In this document: positions 11,716-25,203 of the stretch, one piece after another
Numbering within the stretch: the stretch's first letter is position 1
Layout: each line of letters begins with the position of its first letter
Origin: Paraglomus brasilianum
Taxonomy: Eukaryota
Reading direction: 5' to 3'
NCBI GenBank assembly: GCA_910592345.1
Contig: CAJVPI010000381.1
Coordinates: 1 to 32,219, forward strand
Length of the DNA: 32,219 bases
The notes under the pieces: generated by a model
What the model saw: only the letters and a program-made list of their open reading frames with translations
What the model was told of the DNA's origin: nothing
Database searches by the model: none
Made by a program: the position numbers and the translations under genes

Positions 11716-12232
11716 ATGGCCTCATCAAGCGATACCTTGTCCACATCAAGTAATGATATCTGCGTCGTCGCTAGTTCCATGGACGCAAAGGATACTACAG
11801 TTCATACAACATATCCAGCTATTCGAACAATATCAACTCCGTTATTTAAGACTATTTCATCATGCGTAAGCCACTCGCAAAGGCGGAAATCGAAAAACTT
11901 CCAGGTTGATGATGAAACGATTATTTCACAACTAAGCAATACAGTCCGGTTTGGCAACAGTGAAACATATGAAATAAATATGTCTAATGATGTTCTATTA
12001 TACGAGAGCAGTTGTGATGATGAAAGTGAAGATAATGAGCAGCAGGAATATTTGTTTCCAAATCTCGAGGACATTGGAGTCAGGAAATCCACACAGTGAT
12101 TATGGACGAAGAATTGTCAAATTGGTTATTCTGTCATATATCTTGTGCTTTCTTGTAATTATGTACACAATCGTGCTTATAGAATTGTATAGACTTTCGG
12201 TTTCGCTTATTTTACTAATGAAATATGAATAG
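11716..12232 (+). pseudogene. Small Ser/acidic-rich protein with C-terminal hydrophobic helix, split by a 1-nt frameshift near 12073 (pseudogene or sequence error)
   Basis: The 127-aa ATG ORF 11716-12099 overlaps ORF 11987-12232. Deleting A12073 yields ..FPNLEDLESGNPHSDYGRRIVKLVILSYILCFLVIMYTIVLIELY.. (171 aa). Confidence 0.5.
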
Positions 12233-12563
12233 TTATGAACAATATTTCTTGTATTATAATTCATTATAGATTAGTATAAGGAAATAAACGGGAAAAAAAT
12301 TATATTACTACTTTGAAGACTAAAGCTAATAAGTTAAGAGCCGCATTTAACGTTTATACTTCATGATGAGTCACACACCGTTAAACCCGAAATCTTGTCG
12401 CTATCCCTCGCCGTTCCGACTGTCTACTCAATCCAATAACAGTTTGTATCACCTGCCTGCGTAACATTACTCAAATCATATGAATTCTATTGAGAATTGT
12501 AATAATGCATATTGTATGACATCACAGTCGAATTCTGTCGAAGAAAAAAATTTGTCTTGCGTC

Positions 12564-13105
12564 ATGGACACATTGAACATTCTCTCGGCAGGGCCAAAAA
12601 TCTATGCGCGAAAACGAAAACGAAAGTCTCAGCAAGTAAAAGAGATTGTGTTTGATGAGCAAGCAAGAAGGTGAGTATGATCTATAAACGGTGCGCTAGA
12701 GGATGCGAATCTGTAAACGCAAACGGGCTCATTTGAAGAAACATTGTTTGGCAGAGAATATTTAACAGGATTCCATAAGCGAAAATTAGAGCAACGAAAA
12801 AAGGCAACCGAGGCAGCAAAGCTAAGGGCCAAGAAGCAGAAAGCCGAAGCTAAAAAAGCAGTAAGTACAAACTATAGTCACAAGATCTTTTCAAGGGTTG
12901 GCACAATCTAATTGTATGTGATTCATACAAGTCACGCGAGAATTTACGCAAACAATCAAAAGATCGGATTGCTCAAATCGAAACGATTCTATCCAAGCGT
13001 AAGGAAGAAGATAAACATGATCCTCGTTCAGTCACTGTCAAACAAGAATTTTCGGGTGAACAAATAAAAAACGAACTGAGTACAATGGAGAAGATATTTT
13101 TTTGA
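12564..13105 (+). CDS. RRP17: rRNA-processing protein Rrp17/Nop25 (NOL12) family, about 128 aa, apparently C-terminally truncated; exons 12564-12670, 12755-12860, 12932-13105 (upstream in-frame ATGs at 12480 and 12516 possible)
   Basis: Spliced translation contains the Nop25 signature [28 protein letters not shown]; GT-AG introns 12671-12754 and 12861-12931. Confidence 0.85.
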
Positions 13106-14724
13106 AATTGCTTGGTCACGAATCAATCTGATCTGAAATATTTATTTGTTATGGATTATGTAATGGTAATTGAAAAAAGAGAATTAATTCTATTATGCGA
13201 ATTTATAAACTAAAGAAGCTTTATTCTGCTTGGGTCAAATTCCAATGGCGATAACTTTCTGTATTGATGTCAACAGTTCAGTGGTATCAACCATGCTTGC
13301 TATTCGAACATATTCGAACATGTTAGGAGTTGAATCATCCGCAAATCGTTTAGTATGGACCATTGCGTTGTCCTTGACAAACCAAAATAAAAATGACGAC
13401 ATAGGAGACCGGAAAAGTGACTCATTGACTCGCCCTTGAAGCTAGTACTTTCCTGGCACAAGACGCAAATCAATTGTTCTGTTTGCTAATTCACAATCAA
13501 TCTTGTGTGAAGGATCAAGTAGATAATCGAATGGCTATAGTCAACGCATTGCTATTCTTAGGGATGCTTTGCTTCTTTGACGTCATTGTTATTGTCATAT
13601 TCCAAGTTGTGTACAGTATATTGTCGTCATAGTACCCGTTGACATCATAATTTGGAGAAAAAAAACTCTAATTGTGCCGAGTGTGACAAGTCTATATGCG
13701 CAGTTATCCCATGATCAATTTTATTGCCGAAGGACGACACATTAGGAATGGCACATTTTGGCCTTGTAACGTTACATCCCTCCATTCTGTCACACGTCAA
13801 AGCTCTTGTATTATTTTGCCTTCACGCGTATTTCCGGAACGATACCTCAATTTGGCAATACGTGAAAAAGCGCAAATTTCTTTATCTATTCCCTATATCA
13901 TTCTGCATTTGCGTATCACCTAAAGTACGCCTTCGAACACTATTTTCTCATGCCATAGGGTCGTATTACTGCATCGAAAATTGTACACATTTTGCTACGC
14001 ATTACGAATCAAGATCCCATTCATGCGTCTTTGTATTCGTAAAATCCATTATTGACCTTTGTGTTATTAAATTTACGTCATTTTGTTAGTCGTGCGTTGT
14101 ATCTGACTATACAACTCCTTTCTCCGCGTACTAATCAGAGGTCAATTCTATCGAATAATTATATTTAAATTATATTCTATTATTCAGAACTTTAAACATG
14201 GTGAAACGTAAGAATATTTCGATCGCAGTCACCTAACGAAATATTGAGTAATATTTCATCCTAACTATCCGAGCATGTCAAGCACTCATAAATCAACATT
14301 GAATAGTAAATATGGTGTCAGATTGTTTGCAAAGATGGGGATTTCCTTAACAATTTAGCCGATTTCTGCTTGATAGGGCACTTCATGTAAACTTGGTGGA
14401 TATATATACAGAATATGACCAACTTAGCTGATACTGAGGGGGGGAAAAGGTGTTGGTGTTGTTAGCCTGGGCTTTTTTTTTAATTTGACATTACCGAGGC
14501 GCCTATTTGTATTGCCTTAAAAATGCATTTATTCTGTTTGACCGTGTTAACAAAGAACGAACAGACAGCTACGGACGAATTCATTTTACATATAGCTGTA
14601 TAAATGCGCACACATTCTTTATCAATTAATATTAATATCTAATTGTACGCGATGATTTTCCATGGTTCCACAGTTGTTTACAAGTATTTTAAACAGTTAC
14701 ACCACTAAGTAGATATCATTTCCC

Positions 14725-17700
14725 ATGGAGTCATTACAAAGAAAAAAGTTGCACGAACTACTTGCTCGTGCAGACGTTTTGGCGGGCAAGACCGAGTCTG
14801 ACACTCGAGGTATTTAGTATCACGAAAACCAATCCGCTCCTTACAGACTATCTCACTAATACGTCATCGCAGGAGCTTCGCTTGAGGATACACTATCCCG
14901 ACGCCTTACCAAGGTTTCTCTACCCGCTTCCCAACAACTGCAACAACAACAACCCACAACCACCGATGCCAGTATTTACACTCAATTCGTTGATACTTGC
15001 TTATCAACACTTGAATCGATCCAATTGATCCTTCGGGATATAAATGATGCTGAAGGTATTTAATAAGAATTAACGATGACTTTTACGTTTTGCCATTAAA
15101 TAAATAAATGCCTCACCCCTCAAAAATACCAAATCTTTTGTTTATAATACGTAAAAGACGGTGCAAACTCCGGAGATGCGAAAGAGCTGTTAGGAATACG
15201 GGACATGAGATTGATCCATACAATGTTGGAGATCGTTGTATGCTGGGGAATTTACCCCTCTTTTATGAAAGGCGTCGGCATTCCACTTGCACAAAGGAGT
15301 CGTTCAGGATTTGTCCAATCCGATAACTTTCGTACGAGATAATCTTCCAGATCATTAAGTACTTGACCTTTTTTTAGGGTGACTGATTAATTACTTATTT
15401 TTGAATTTGACCTTTTACAGAGATGTTTTCTCCAAACATTTCTACTTTGAGATCGAATGAGCAACCAGACCAACAAAGGCTCTTTGTTTTAGCAGAGAAA
15501 TTGACGCAGATAGCTCTCTGCACCCCCACGAAACCATTAACTTATACAACGGTATCATCAATATTGTTTGCAAAGCATTTGACGGATCTATATGCAGCAT
15601 TGCTACAATTAGCGTATGCGCCTAATTTGGAGAATGATAATGAGAATACACGAAATGAGATCCGTCAACATAGTAAAGAGCTATTTAACGAAATTTTTAC
15701 GAGGTAAAGTCGCACATGAATTTTACGTTACAATCAAAATTACTTTCGACTAATTTTTACGTTCGCTTCCTTCGTTCGACTTTTTTTAGAGCTGACATGT
15801 TTCGCTCTTTAGACTCTCTTATTACGCTCCTTGGCTCTCCTCCTCTTCATTCAGCTCCCAAATGGCTCAGAACTGTCTGTGGCAAATTACTCACATCAGT
15901 ATTACTGAGACCTGATGGTGTGCAAGCCGTGGTTGATTTTATGGTTGGAGGCGAGAACGAAGGTTTGATTTCTAAGAATAGGTATAATTCTGTTAGTGGT
16001 TTACGGAAGAGCAAGATGGGACTTGTGTTGACGCGTTAGATTACCGATTGGCCATTAGTGAGCCCGACAAAGATGGCAAAAATTTCTCAATTGATTTTAT
16101 CTGTTCCGAGCCAAGCGTCTTCTGTTCAGGTGATTGATTTTTCTTTTGTAAAGTCGCTCTTTCCAATAACAAATTAAGTACTGACGATTACGCTTCGGCT
16201 TTATATCGCACATTCAACAGGAATATTTTTCAACAATTTCTCCTCAGTTGATTAAAATCTTGCAGACAAACCTTCCAAAGAACCAAGTGACATCCCCTTG
16301 CATCACAGTAATCTCGTTCACAATCCTCCAGATGTCTGTTAAATATCCGACCATCACCGAATCTCTTATAATTGAACCCTTATTCTCTCCTTTGCGTTCT
16401 TGGTGGAACACACCTTTATCGCCTGGAACTGGAACGGAAACTGAAATTGAAACTGAAACTCAGTCTCTCCTCGACCCGGTGTTGACTTCTGAACAAACCA
16501 TCTCGTCACTTATCATGGTCCTCTATCGTATTTTAGTAAGTAGTGAACCTCCTACCCTGGAGACTCTGAAACTGTTTTTGGGTGATATAATTGCACCCAT
16601 TTATTATATGTACGCATTTGCATGTACTGCTAAAGTATGGTTAAAGGACAGTCTTCGAGATGTGTTACTGGCGTATTTCAGAATTGTTGGAGACTTGAAT
16701 GCGATAAAGGAGATTGTATTTAGACGAGGGAAAGAGAGGGAAGCCAAGGACGTTGGGGAGGTCGGCGAGATCTATTTCGCCCGCGGCGAAAGTGGGGGAA
16801 TTGAAATGCGGATAAGAAGGTGAGCAAGATAGAGAATTTAGTCTCAGAATACAAATAATGTCAAAATAATAATGTGAAACTTTATATAGATCGAAAGGGT
16901 TTTTACCTCCAACAGTGACCTATTTAGACGTCGACATTTTTATTGATTTTCTCAAAACATTGGCAAATAACGAATTGTCCGGAGACATCTTTATGTATCT
17001 TCTGAACGAATATACAGCCGTTAAAAACGATCGCGTCCGAATAACGCAAACAAAAAGGTGCGAGTCTTTTTGCATTTGTGCTCACATCATTGTTGGCACG
17101 ACATTTAACCCACTATCGTACTTTGGACAGAGTTCTTACTCTCCTTCATCTCATCCTTGCAATGATTGATTGTCTGGGTTCGACCATTATACAAAAGCCC
17201 GGACAAATAATATCTTTTGTTGATAATGTTTTGGAAAATTATGGGCAGAAGGGGTTTAGCAACTCTGCACAAAGTAGGGATAGCTCGAGTAGAAATCCAA
17301 TCATTGTCGTTGAAGAAGATAGTGATGAAGATGAAGAACCAGTAAAGGATCAACAAGAAGAGGACGAAACGCTGGCCCTGGCTCTGACTCTTTTGACATC
17401 CCTGCTAGCAGGTAGCACGTTGCGGGCAGTTCTATTAACTTTTCTTAATTTGTTGTTTTTTACGTTTCTGACTTTCTGTGGCTTCCCAAACTCAAACACG
17501 ATTGCTAGAAAACTCCCACCTCACAAAGCAGGAGAATCACATTCTAGATCTTCTTTCCGACCGTCTTGCCAAGTTTTCCAACCATTGGTCATCTGACATC
17601 CGCCAAATGTCGCGAAATCTGTGTATTGCTATATCTGTGCGTAGCCTTACTTCGCCCGTGGATGACGCTGAAAAAAAGCGACAGCAGTCTTTAAAGAAGT

Positions 17701-18726
17701 ACCAAGAAGCGCTCGAAGCATTAAGAGATACTATACTTCCTGTCCGTGCACGGGGAATAGTGATGCTTAGAGAGATGATTCTCGCGCGAGACCCCATTAT
17801 GTATGAAGGCGATAATTTAGATCACGTCTTGGATATTTTTATAAAGATGATTGAAGAAGAGGAAAGGTATGATAGACAACATGGTTGTATATATGTGCGA
17901 AGCGATTTATTAATTCTTATCCGCATTTTTGTAGCTTTATTTATCTTAATGCAGTCCGTGGATTGTCTTCGCTTACGGATGTGCATGGAGAGAAGATAAT
18001 GAAAAAGTTAATGAGCATATATAGTAATCCGAAGGAAGCGATGGATAGTAGATTACATATCGGCGAAGCTATTTTGCAGACTATACAAAGATGTGGTGAT
18101 GCGCTTGGAAAATATAGTGAGTTACCGCATATACTAGTCTCATCAGTCCACGCGTTATGGGAAGTAGTCATTATCTTACGGAATTGCATTATTGGTGATT
18201 AGTCTTGATATTGCTCCCACCGCTTTTGCAAATTCTCGACAAAGATACAAACACCAATCTTCGTATGTCAGCATTGTCGATCATCGGTTGCGCGTGTGAG
18301 ACGTCCTCGACTGCTCTCACCAACTGGTTTCAAGATCTAGTGGATTGGATTTTAAATATTCTCGCTATTGAGAAAGCACCCGAGATACGGCGTGGTATGT
18401 CGATCTTTATAAATTACGGTTTACTACTGCTATTTCTGTCCGCTTATTCTTTCCATTTGTGAATCCTGCTTCTAATGTTTATTATACTCTCAAACCCTCA
18501 TGCCTTTTCAGCGTGTGTGGCACTTCTGATATCTCTTTTTCGTGGTCTTGGTTCTCGCACGCTATATGAGATTCATGGTCGCCTGTTAAAACGCGCATAT
18601 ACTACTCTAAAATATGTTGAGGGTGTAGACAAGGATGATTTGACGAGATATCACGCGAGGGTTGCCCTTAGCGATCTAGACGTGATCATTAAGGGAGAGT
18701 TGAGCAAGACACCAGGTCATTCGTGA
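14725..18726 (+). CDS. TANGO6: TANGO6/Rtp1 HEAT/ARM-repeat protein, about 987 aa, 13 exons (14725-14809, 14873-15055, 15158-15331, 15421-15703, 15790-15962, 16059-16129, 16221-16819, 16890-17057, 17131-17411, 17509-17866, 17935-18116, 18203-18394, 18512-18726)
   Basis: Family motifs LEIVVCWGIYP..GVGIPL..R, KWLRTVCGKLLTSVLLRPDGVQAV, YQEALEALRDTILPVRARG, ESFIYLNAVRGLSSL, RLHIGEAILQTIQRCGDAL and LRMSALSIIG. Twelve GT-AG introns give an intact frame. Confidence 0.92.
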
Positions 18727-19402
18727 TAAAAAATGCTTCTTAATCAAGGGTAGGTCATGGGAGTAGAGTAATTCATTTGGTTCGAGCTCACATTGAGTTG
18801 ATAATTACGTCTGTATGAGAAATTATATTATAATGAACGTTCGTGCATTGTTATTGTGATCGATCAAGATTTTAATATATCCTGTCGAATACAGATTATA
18901 AGACGAAATTCTCTAGGCCCGTTGGCTTCTTTTATATAGTGAATCAGGTCCCAAAACCTTTTGGTATTCTTCACTAAAGAGCGATTTTTGTGAAATTCTT
19001 ATTTGGTAGGCCAGAAATTCAAGAATAGCATGAATTTTTTTTGCTATGTAATGCTTTTCATCAAGTAAAATAAGCAAGACAGCTCGAACTTCCTCAATGA
19101 GCCATAGGCAAATCAACGACTTTATATTTTTTTGACTAGTTAGCGTATGTTCATTCTATATTCTACTGTTCTACTAAGAATGAAAAAATTAGTTATCCAA
19201 GGTTTTGTTGCAGGAACGTGACTTCCGCATTACATCTCCCGCCAGTTAAAGCCTTGCATCTCAGTCAGACCCCCCCTATTTCATTCCCCCAAAAGTGTTG
19301 GGTGTGACTATTATTATATTGATTTATTCTAATTGCACATGATTTGCAACAAAAATAATGGGTAAACACAAAATTCAAGTCACGTGAATATGGGATTGTA
19401 GG

Positions 19403-19466
19403 GTAAGTGGTGTGACTGTAAGTGGTGTAAGTGGTGTGGTGTGACTGTAAATGGTGTGACTGACTG
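19403..19466. repeat. Minisatellite of gtaagtggtgt(gact) units upstream of COG6
   Basis: gtaagtggtgtgact gtaagtggt gtaagtggtgtggtgtgact gtaaatggtgtgactgactg read directly. Confidence 0.85.
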
Positions 19467-19625
19467 CAGGGACAGTTGATATAATTTCTATTAGATTGCA
19501 ATTGTTCGCTGTAAACATATAAATACGAAGTGCGAGAGAGAAGTATCAATAAAACTCACGCTCCTGCAACAAAACTTAGTTGGTCTTGACGGTACTTTTT
19601 ACACGCATTAGAAACTCCTCTGAAG

Positions 19626-22600
19626 ATGGCTGAGCCATTACAGATATCCCCAAGGCCTCGCTCAACCAGAATATCATCGCCAACCAATGCTGCTGCTGAA
19701 GATAATCAATTGGGATTAAAAGTCTCGAAATTATTGGCTAATTCAGTCGAAGACGTCAAGACTAAAGCGGCACTTGAAGCGCTTTCAGAAGTATACCAAG
19801 ACAATACTGAAACAGCTCGGAGAAACTTGAGGGGGAACGTTGAAAAAAGATCAATCGACATGAACAAAAAGCTGCTACAAGTATTTGAAAAAGTCACAGA
19901 GGTTTGTGCTTCTTAAAATATTTTAAGATATATTAAGACAACAGTTATTAATCAAACTGTTTAATAGCAACTATTGTTAATAGAACAAGAAGTAAAGTCG
20001 ATAAATACAAATTATGATGACATTAGCAAAAGACTCAATTCTGCTAACCAGCAGACAGCTCTGTTGTTGGAACAATGTGGCAACTTAAAGACACAGAGGT
20101 ACATAACCGTATGTCATTAACGTGCAATGTTCAGACGTGTGGTGGTTTAGTAATATCTCTGATAATATCTATCCAATTCAAGAGAAAATTGCAAAATGCG
20201 CAAGATGCTCATAGACGCCTTCCTGGATCGGTTCACATGTTCAGAGAAAGAAATAACCATTCTTACATCACTTGATGTTGAAATTGGTCCCGAGTTCTTT
20301 GAGGCCTTAAACCACTTGCAAAAGATATATAGTGATTGTGATGCACTATTAATCACTGAGAATCAGAGGGCTGGGTAAACGTCCATTTGTTTAGTTCTAT
20401 GTAGTTGTATGCAGTATATACTTAGTGAAACCCGTTAAACCGAAGTGGGTCGGGAATATAGGTGGGAAACGCTAAGAAATTCGTTTAACTGGGTTCAATT
20501 AGTAAATTCGGTTTAGCGGGGTTTTACTTAGTCCTTCCGTTAAACGGGGTTCGGATTAACGGGGGTGACTGTATGCTGGAAATTCAAGATTTTTTATTTC
20601 ATAATTCACAGGTTAGAGATTATGGAAAGAATGAATGCATACCAAGAGATAGCCTTTGATAAATTATATAAATGGACACAGACTGAAGCTCGATCTCTGG
20701 GACAGGACAACTTGGAAGTATCTAATACCATAAGCCTAGCATTAAAAGCCTTGAGACAAAGACCTACGCTATTTCAGTATGTAAGCATTCCATTCACATT
20801 GGTATCTCCTATTCACTATGTGATAAAATTACAAATGCTATGTAATTGTCCTATTGTATCGCTGTATTTCCTGACAGATATTGTCTGGAAGACTTGGTAC
20901 ATATTAGGAGGACTGCAATACTTAATCTCTTCATGAATGCACTCACGAGGGGAGGACCAAATGGAACACCAAAGCCGATCGAATCGCATGCACATGATCC
21001 ATTCCGTTACATTGGAGATATGTTAGCTTGGGTGCATCAAGCTGTTGCCGGGGAGCATGAGTTTTTACAAGCATTATTTGACGTTGTTGAAGGTATTTAT
21101 GATGCATCTTTTCGAAAAATTTAGAATGTTTATTAAACTTCTATCTATTAAAGACAATGTGGAAGAAAGCCTTGAAGATAAGCATCCATTAACTAGTGTT
21201 GAGAGAGAAAGTGATGATATTATCATACAATATTTATTAGACGGAGATCTTGAAGGGATATGTCGACCATTGAAGGTCAGTTTTTGCCAAAGGTGTTTTT
21301 CTGAATATTGCCTATACAGCAAACCAAACTAAATAAATTTACAGACAAGAATAGACCAAGTTTTGGGTCTGCAGACTGGCGCGATTACAGCGTATCGCAT
21401 CCTAAATCTCATACAATTCTATAAAATAACTATTGCAAGAATACTGGGACCTAGTGCAGCTTTATCGAACGCTTTGGAAAGGTATTTTTTTTTTCGAATT
21501 AAATGTGTATGAGTAACGAGTCTAACTCATGCCGATTATTGTTCAGTATCCTGAAGTCCGCATCCCGTGTCTTCTTTGACACTTTAAATGCGCAAGCAGA
21601 ACAGCTGTTAAAATATATGCAGGTCAGTGTTTAGCACTTACACATTTGCAAGAGATCCGTTGCTAATCAACTTGTCTTCACCAGTTACCAAACAACGACC
21701 TGTCAGCACCGCCAGCAGTTAAAGAAACTATACTACAATTGGTTCGTACATTTAGTCTTGCCAATAAATCATCTTTTGATACCTTTTTGACTATTTTATC
21801 GGTATTTCTATTCTTTTGGCAGAAAGAAATTATGGCATCATATGATAAGTCTCTCGTTACTCCCACAGAACGTGAAGCTGACTTTAGCAGCGTGTTAGAT
21901 GCGATTTTGAACCCATTGCAGCGAATGTGTGAACTGGGTGCCAAAGACTTGTCTCGCTTCAGCCAAGCAATATATATGATCAATTGCTTGTACTATATTC
22001 AGGTAAAATTCAGACCGTTAATGTAATTGCTGTCAACACATGAAACGCCTGTTGGACTGATCATTTTGTAAATTTAGTCTTCTTTAACTCAATATAACTT
22101 TACAAAAGGACGCATCCAATCACTTGAAGAGCAAATTGGACAATATATGGATATTTTAGCCGAGGAACAGGTATAACTAGCACTCATGCTACAAGTTCAA
22201 AATTATCTTTTAGTATGCCTCTTTACTGTCCAAAGTCTGACAACATCTTTTTTTATTTAGTATATAAACCTCTTGGAGCAATCAGGTCTAGCCCCAATAA
22301 TGCATGCGATAGAGATTAAAGATGAGGATGTAAGCTTTGCTTTTTACGTACGAGCTTCTTTCTTATCTGTAAGGTTTAGCTAAACGTTCTTCTCCAATAG
22401 ACGCCTCTTTCCCTTGTGCCCAATATGGATACAAAATCCTTATCGACTGCGATGGCTAAGCTGGATTCCTTCCTGACACTATCTGATTCAGAAACGCTTA
22501 GACTTTCGGGACAACCAGCCCATTTGGTCAAAAGTGTAAATGATAAGGTGTTCTCAATGTTTATAGACACCTACAGGAAGGTCACAAATGCTATCAAAGA

Positions 22601-22682
22601 TCCCAAGAATCGTTACGAATTTCCGGCCACTATTCTGGTTCGTACGGTTAATGAAGTAGAGACTCTTTTATCTTTCGATTGA
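19626..22682 (+). CDS. COG6: Conserved oligomeric Golgi complex subunit 6, 13 exons
   Basis: Motifs ARRNLRGNVEKR, FFEALNHLQKIYSDCDALL..NQRAGLEIME, ALTRGGPNGTPKPIESHAHDPFRYIGDMLAWVHQAVAGEHEFL, ICRPLKTRIDQVL, IYMINCLYYIQ and RTVNEVETLL. Twelve GT-AG introns have consistent phases. Confidence 0.95.
20427..20571. mobile_element. Pogo-like MITE or transposon-end relic inside COG6 intron 3 (20375-20611)
   Basis: Right end ..ttcggattaacgggggtgactg + TA (20572-20573); four ttc(g)gtttaacggggt-type subterminal units (near 20480, 20507, 20536, 20550) and one inverted unit gaaacccgttaaaccgaa (20427-20444). This intron is 237 nt, versus about 60-100 nt for the others. Confidence 0.7.
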
Positions 22683-23639
22683 CAGTCTTACAAACCGGTT
22701 AAAACAAATGCAATTGATATCGAAAGAACTGTGACAAGGACCAATATTATAGCATATAATTATTTTTCATAGAAGTTTAATGAATCATCTAATAAAAATC
22801 GAAGTCACATCAAAAATTCACCAAGTACGCGATAATTAATATTAGAACGAATTACACAGGATATTAAATAAAAAAATATATATACAAGGCATACACATGA
22901 CTGGATCTTCAATCACATATTAATATGGGGCGTCCATTAGTAATTAATTCACCCATTCCTTTAAGCACAAAATTAAAACTAGGCGAAAGCATCAAAAATT
23001 AATGATGCTATTATATGGTCGCGTTGTGCTCAATCTTTGACCGGGGATGTTCTCAACTTAGCTCTAAACATGTTGGGTATATATTCGCTGTCGCTGAAAC
23101 ATATTAAATATTCTGGGTTGCTAATTTACTATTTAAAAAAACATGACTTTTCCCTGCCGCTAACAAGGAGAGAAACTGTGCCAGAACAACAACCGAAGAA
23201 TATATAATTAAGAATGGGCATTTAATCTTCGATTCGTTGATGGACGTTTCCGTGTTTTCCTCGAATGAGTATATTTAATTTATGCGTAGACGATGAGATA
23301 ACATACTTCACTATTGATCGTAGTATTTATAAGATACCTGATATTATAATGAAGTACGATTAAATGCACTTTTCTGCACACATCAACTCGTCGCGTCTTC
23401 GTACGACTATGACTCGATTTATGGTCTCAGACCAAGACTAAAAAGCTGGTAAGATGTTTTTCAGCTAAACCTTTAGCCAACATCTCACAAAATACGACAT
23501 TTATATTACTTCCACTAGGAATATTCAGCCATACTTGTAATCTTTCTTGGTAGAACGTGACGATCAGCACCTTAATTATCACTTCTAGTAATGAACACAT
23601 CAAAATTTCCTTCAACTATTTAATACCTCGATCGATAAC

Positions 23640-24801
23640 ATGATACTAAGAGCATTAAACCGACCACAAATTAAGAAATACAGCTTCAATACCCATGATC
23701 CTCTCCGTTTTCTCTCTTTCCGCCACATACGCACACTCAGGGTGCAAGGACAAACGCAATACAAAATAACACCGGCTCGCATACCAGCCAAAAGACCCAC
23801 GATATGGAAACCATTTATATTTACTGTCACAGCTACATCTTCAATATTCGCGTTGTCGATAATTCACTACACTGACACCAGAACAAAACTACTAAAAGAA
23901 ATCCAATCAATGGATTTCACTTCACCATTAGATCTCAAGCGACATGCAATTCGCTCATTGAAACAGTCGCTCGATCGTCAAATACAAAGATTACACGATT
24001 GGAATGCTCCAGAATGGCTAACAGAAATTTACGCATTTATATACACTGAATGGTACTCTCACCCGCCAACATTGCGAACTGTGATGTCATTAATACTTGT
24101 CAACTCGGCTGTATTTTCGCTATGGCAATTCCGTAGATTACAGCCGTTCATGATGCGTCATTTTACACACAATCCGCTTTCGTCTCGATCCTACACTCTT
24201 CTTACTAGTGCATTTAGTCATAAAGATTTATGGCATTTTGCAGTAAATATGATTGCGCTGTATTCATTTGGAGGTGCAGCCGCAGCGAGGATGGGGAGTG
24301 ACGAGTTTATGGCGTTTTATTTGTCGTCGGGAATTTTATCGTCCTTTGTGAGCCATGCAGGCTCGAACATATTAAGACATAGTCGGGGTATTGTTCCATC
24401 GTTGGGAGCATCGGGCGCAATATATGCTTGTTTGAGCGCGTGCGCGTGGTTTCACCCAAATGCTTCGGTGTCATTGTTGTTCCTGCCGTTCTTCGTTATA
24501 AAAATAGGGCATGCTGTTCCTGCTCTAGTATGCTTTGATATTGTAGGAGCATTGGCAAAATGGAGAGTATTTGATCACTTTGTAAGTGGAATGGTTTTAA
24601 ATGATGCGACTAAACGCATTGGATTTATTATTTCGTGTAAAATGTAATCATCAACAGATATATCGTATTGACGCAACATGTATTTTGTAGGCACATCTTG
24701 CAGGAGCAGCAAGTGGAATTGTCTATGTATTATACGGACACAAATACATTTGGCAGCACGGGAGCGATTTATGGTTATCCATACATACACCCAGACGTTG
24801 A
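23640..24801 (+). CDS. PCP1: Mitochondrial rhomboid intramembrane serine protease (Pcp1/PARL family), about 350 aa; exons 23640-24581, 24691-24801
   Basis: Arg-rich, nearly acid-free N-terminal presequence; LLTSAFSHKDLWHFAVNM, catalytic SLGASGAIY, and after the GT-AG intron 24582-24690 FDHF|AHLAG with the catalytic His. Confidence 0.93.
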
Positions 24802-25203
24802 TAAGATTATGTATTCGTTCATCTCTGCCGTTAATTCATTAAAGTCATTATGTGTCTGCCATGTAAATCTTCATTAATCTGCTTGAAATGCAATCCGGTA
24901 TAAATCCGGTTTTAATACGTCAAAGTAGGATTGATCCATCACCTCTCATACAAAGTTATCTTTGATCCGCATTCGTAAGATTGTAAGTGTATGCTCAACT
25001 TAAATAGATAGATTTATTTGATTAATAATCACACCCGTGACATGTCATGATGCAATAGGAGGAATCGTCTTCCATGCAATTTAATTGAGGTAAATTAGCA
25101 ATTGCGAAAATAGTAAGATTTATTATTATGTGTATCAATTGGTTTATAATACAAAACATATGAACGTGGGTTGTATGGTCCGCCATAGTCCATGCAATCG
25201 TCA

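Noticed and set aside
12362..12392. Hammerhead-like tgatgag..gaaa
   Set aside because: Lacks the C of CUGAUGA and has no stem II pairing.
13230..14089. ORFs on + strand and protein-like minus-strand pieces
   Set aside because: Many stops and no recognisable domain; cannot support a call.
17537..17797. Antisense ORFs over TANGO6 (likewise over COG6, MDM34 and the Myb gene)
   Set aside because: Shadow frames of real coding exons.
18913..19116. Possible protein-kinase pseudogene (GSLRKF, IAKKIH, GFG in mixed frames)
   Set aside because: No recognisable HRD/DFG catalytic motifs; matches are too short to distinguish from chance.
19403..19466. CRISPR-like or telomeric array
   Set aside because: No unique spacers, eukaryotic context, and the units are not TTAGGG.
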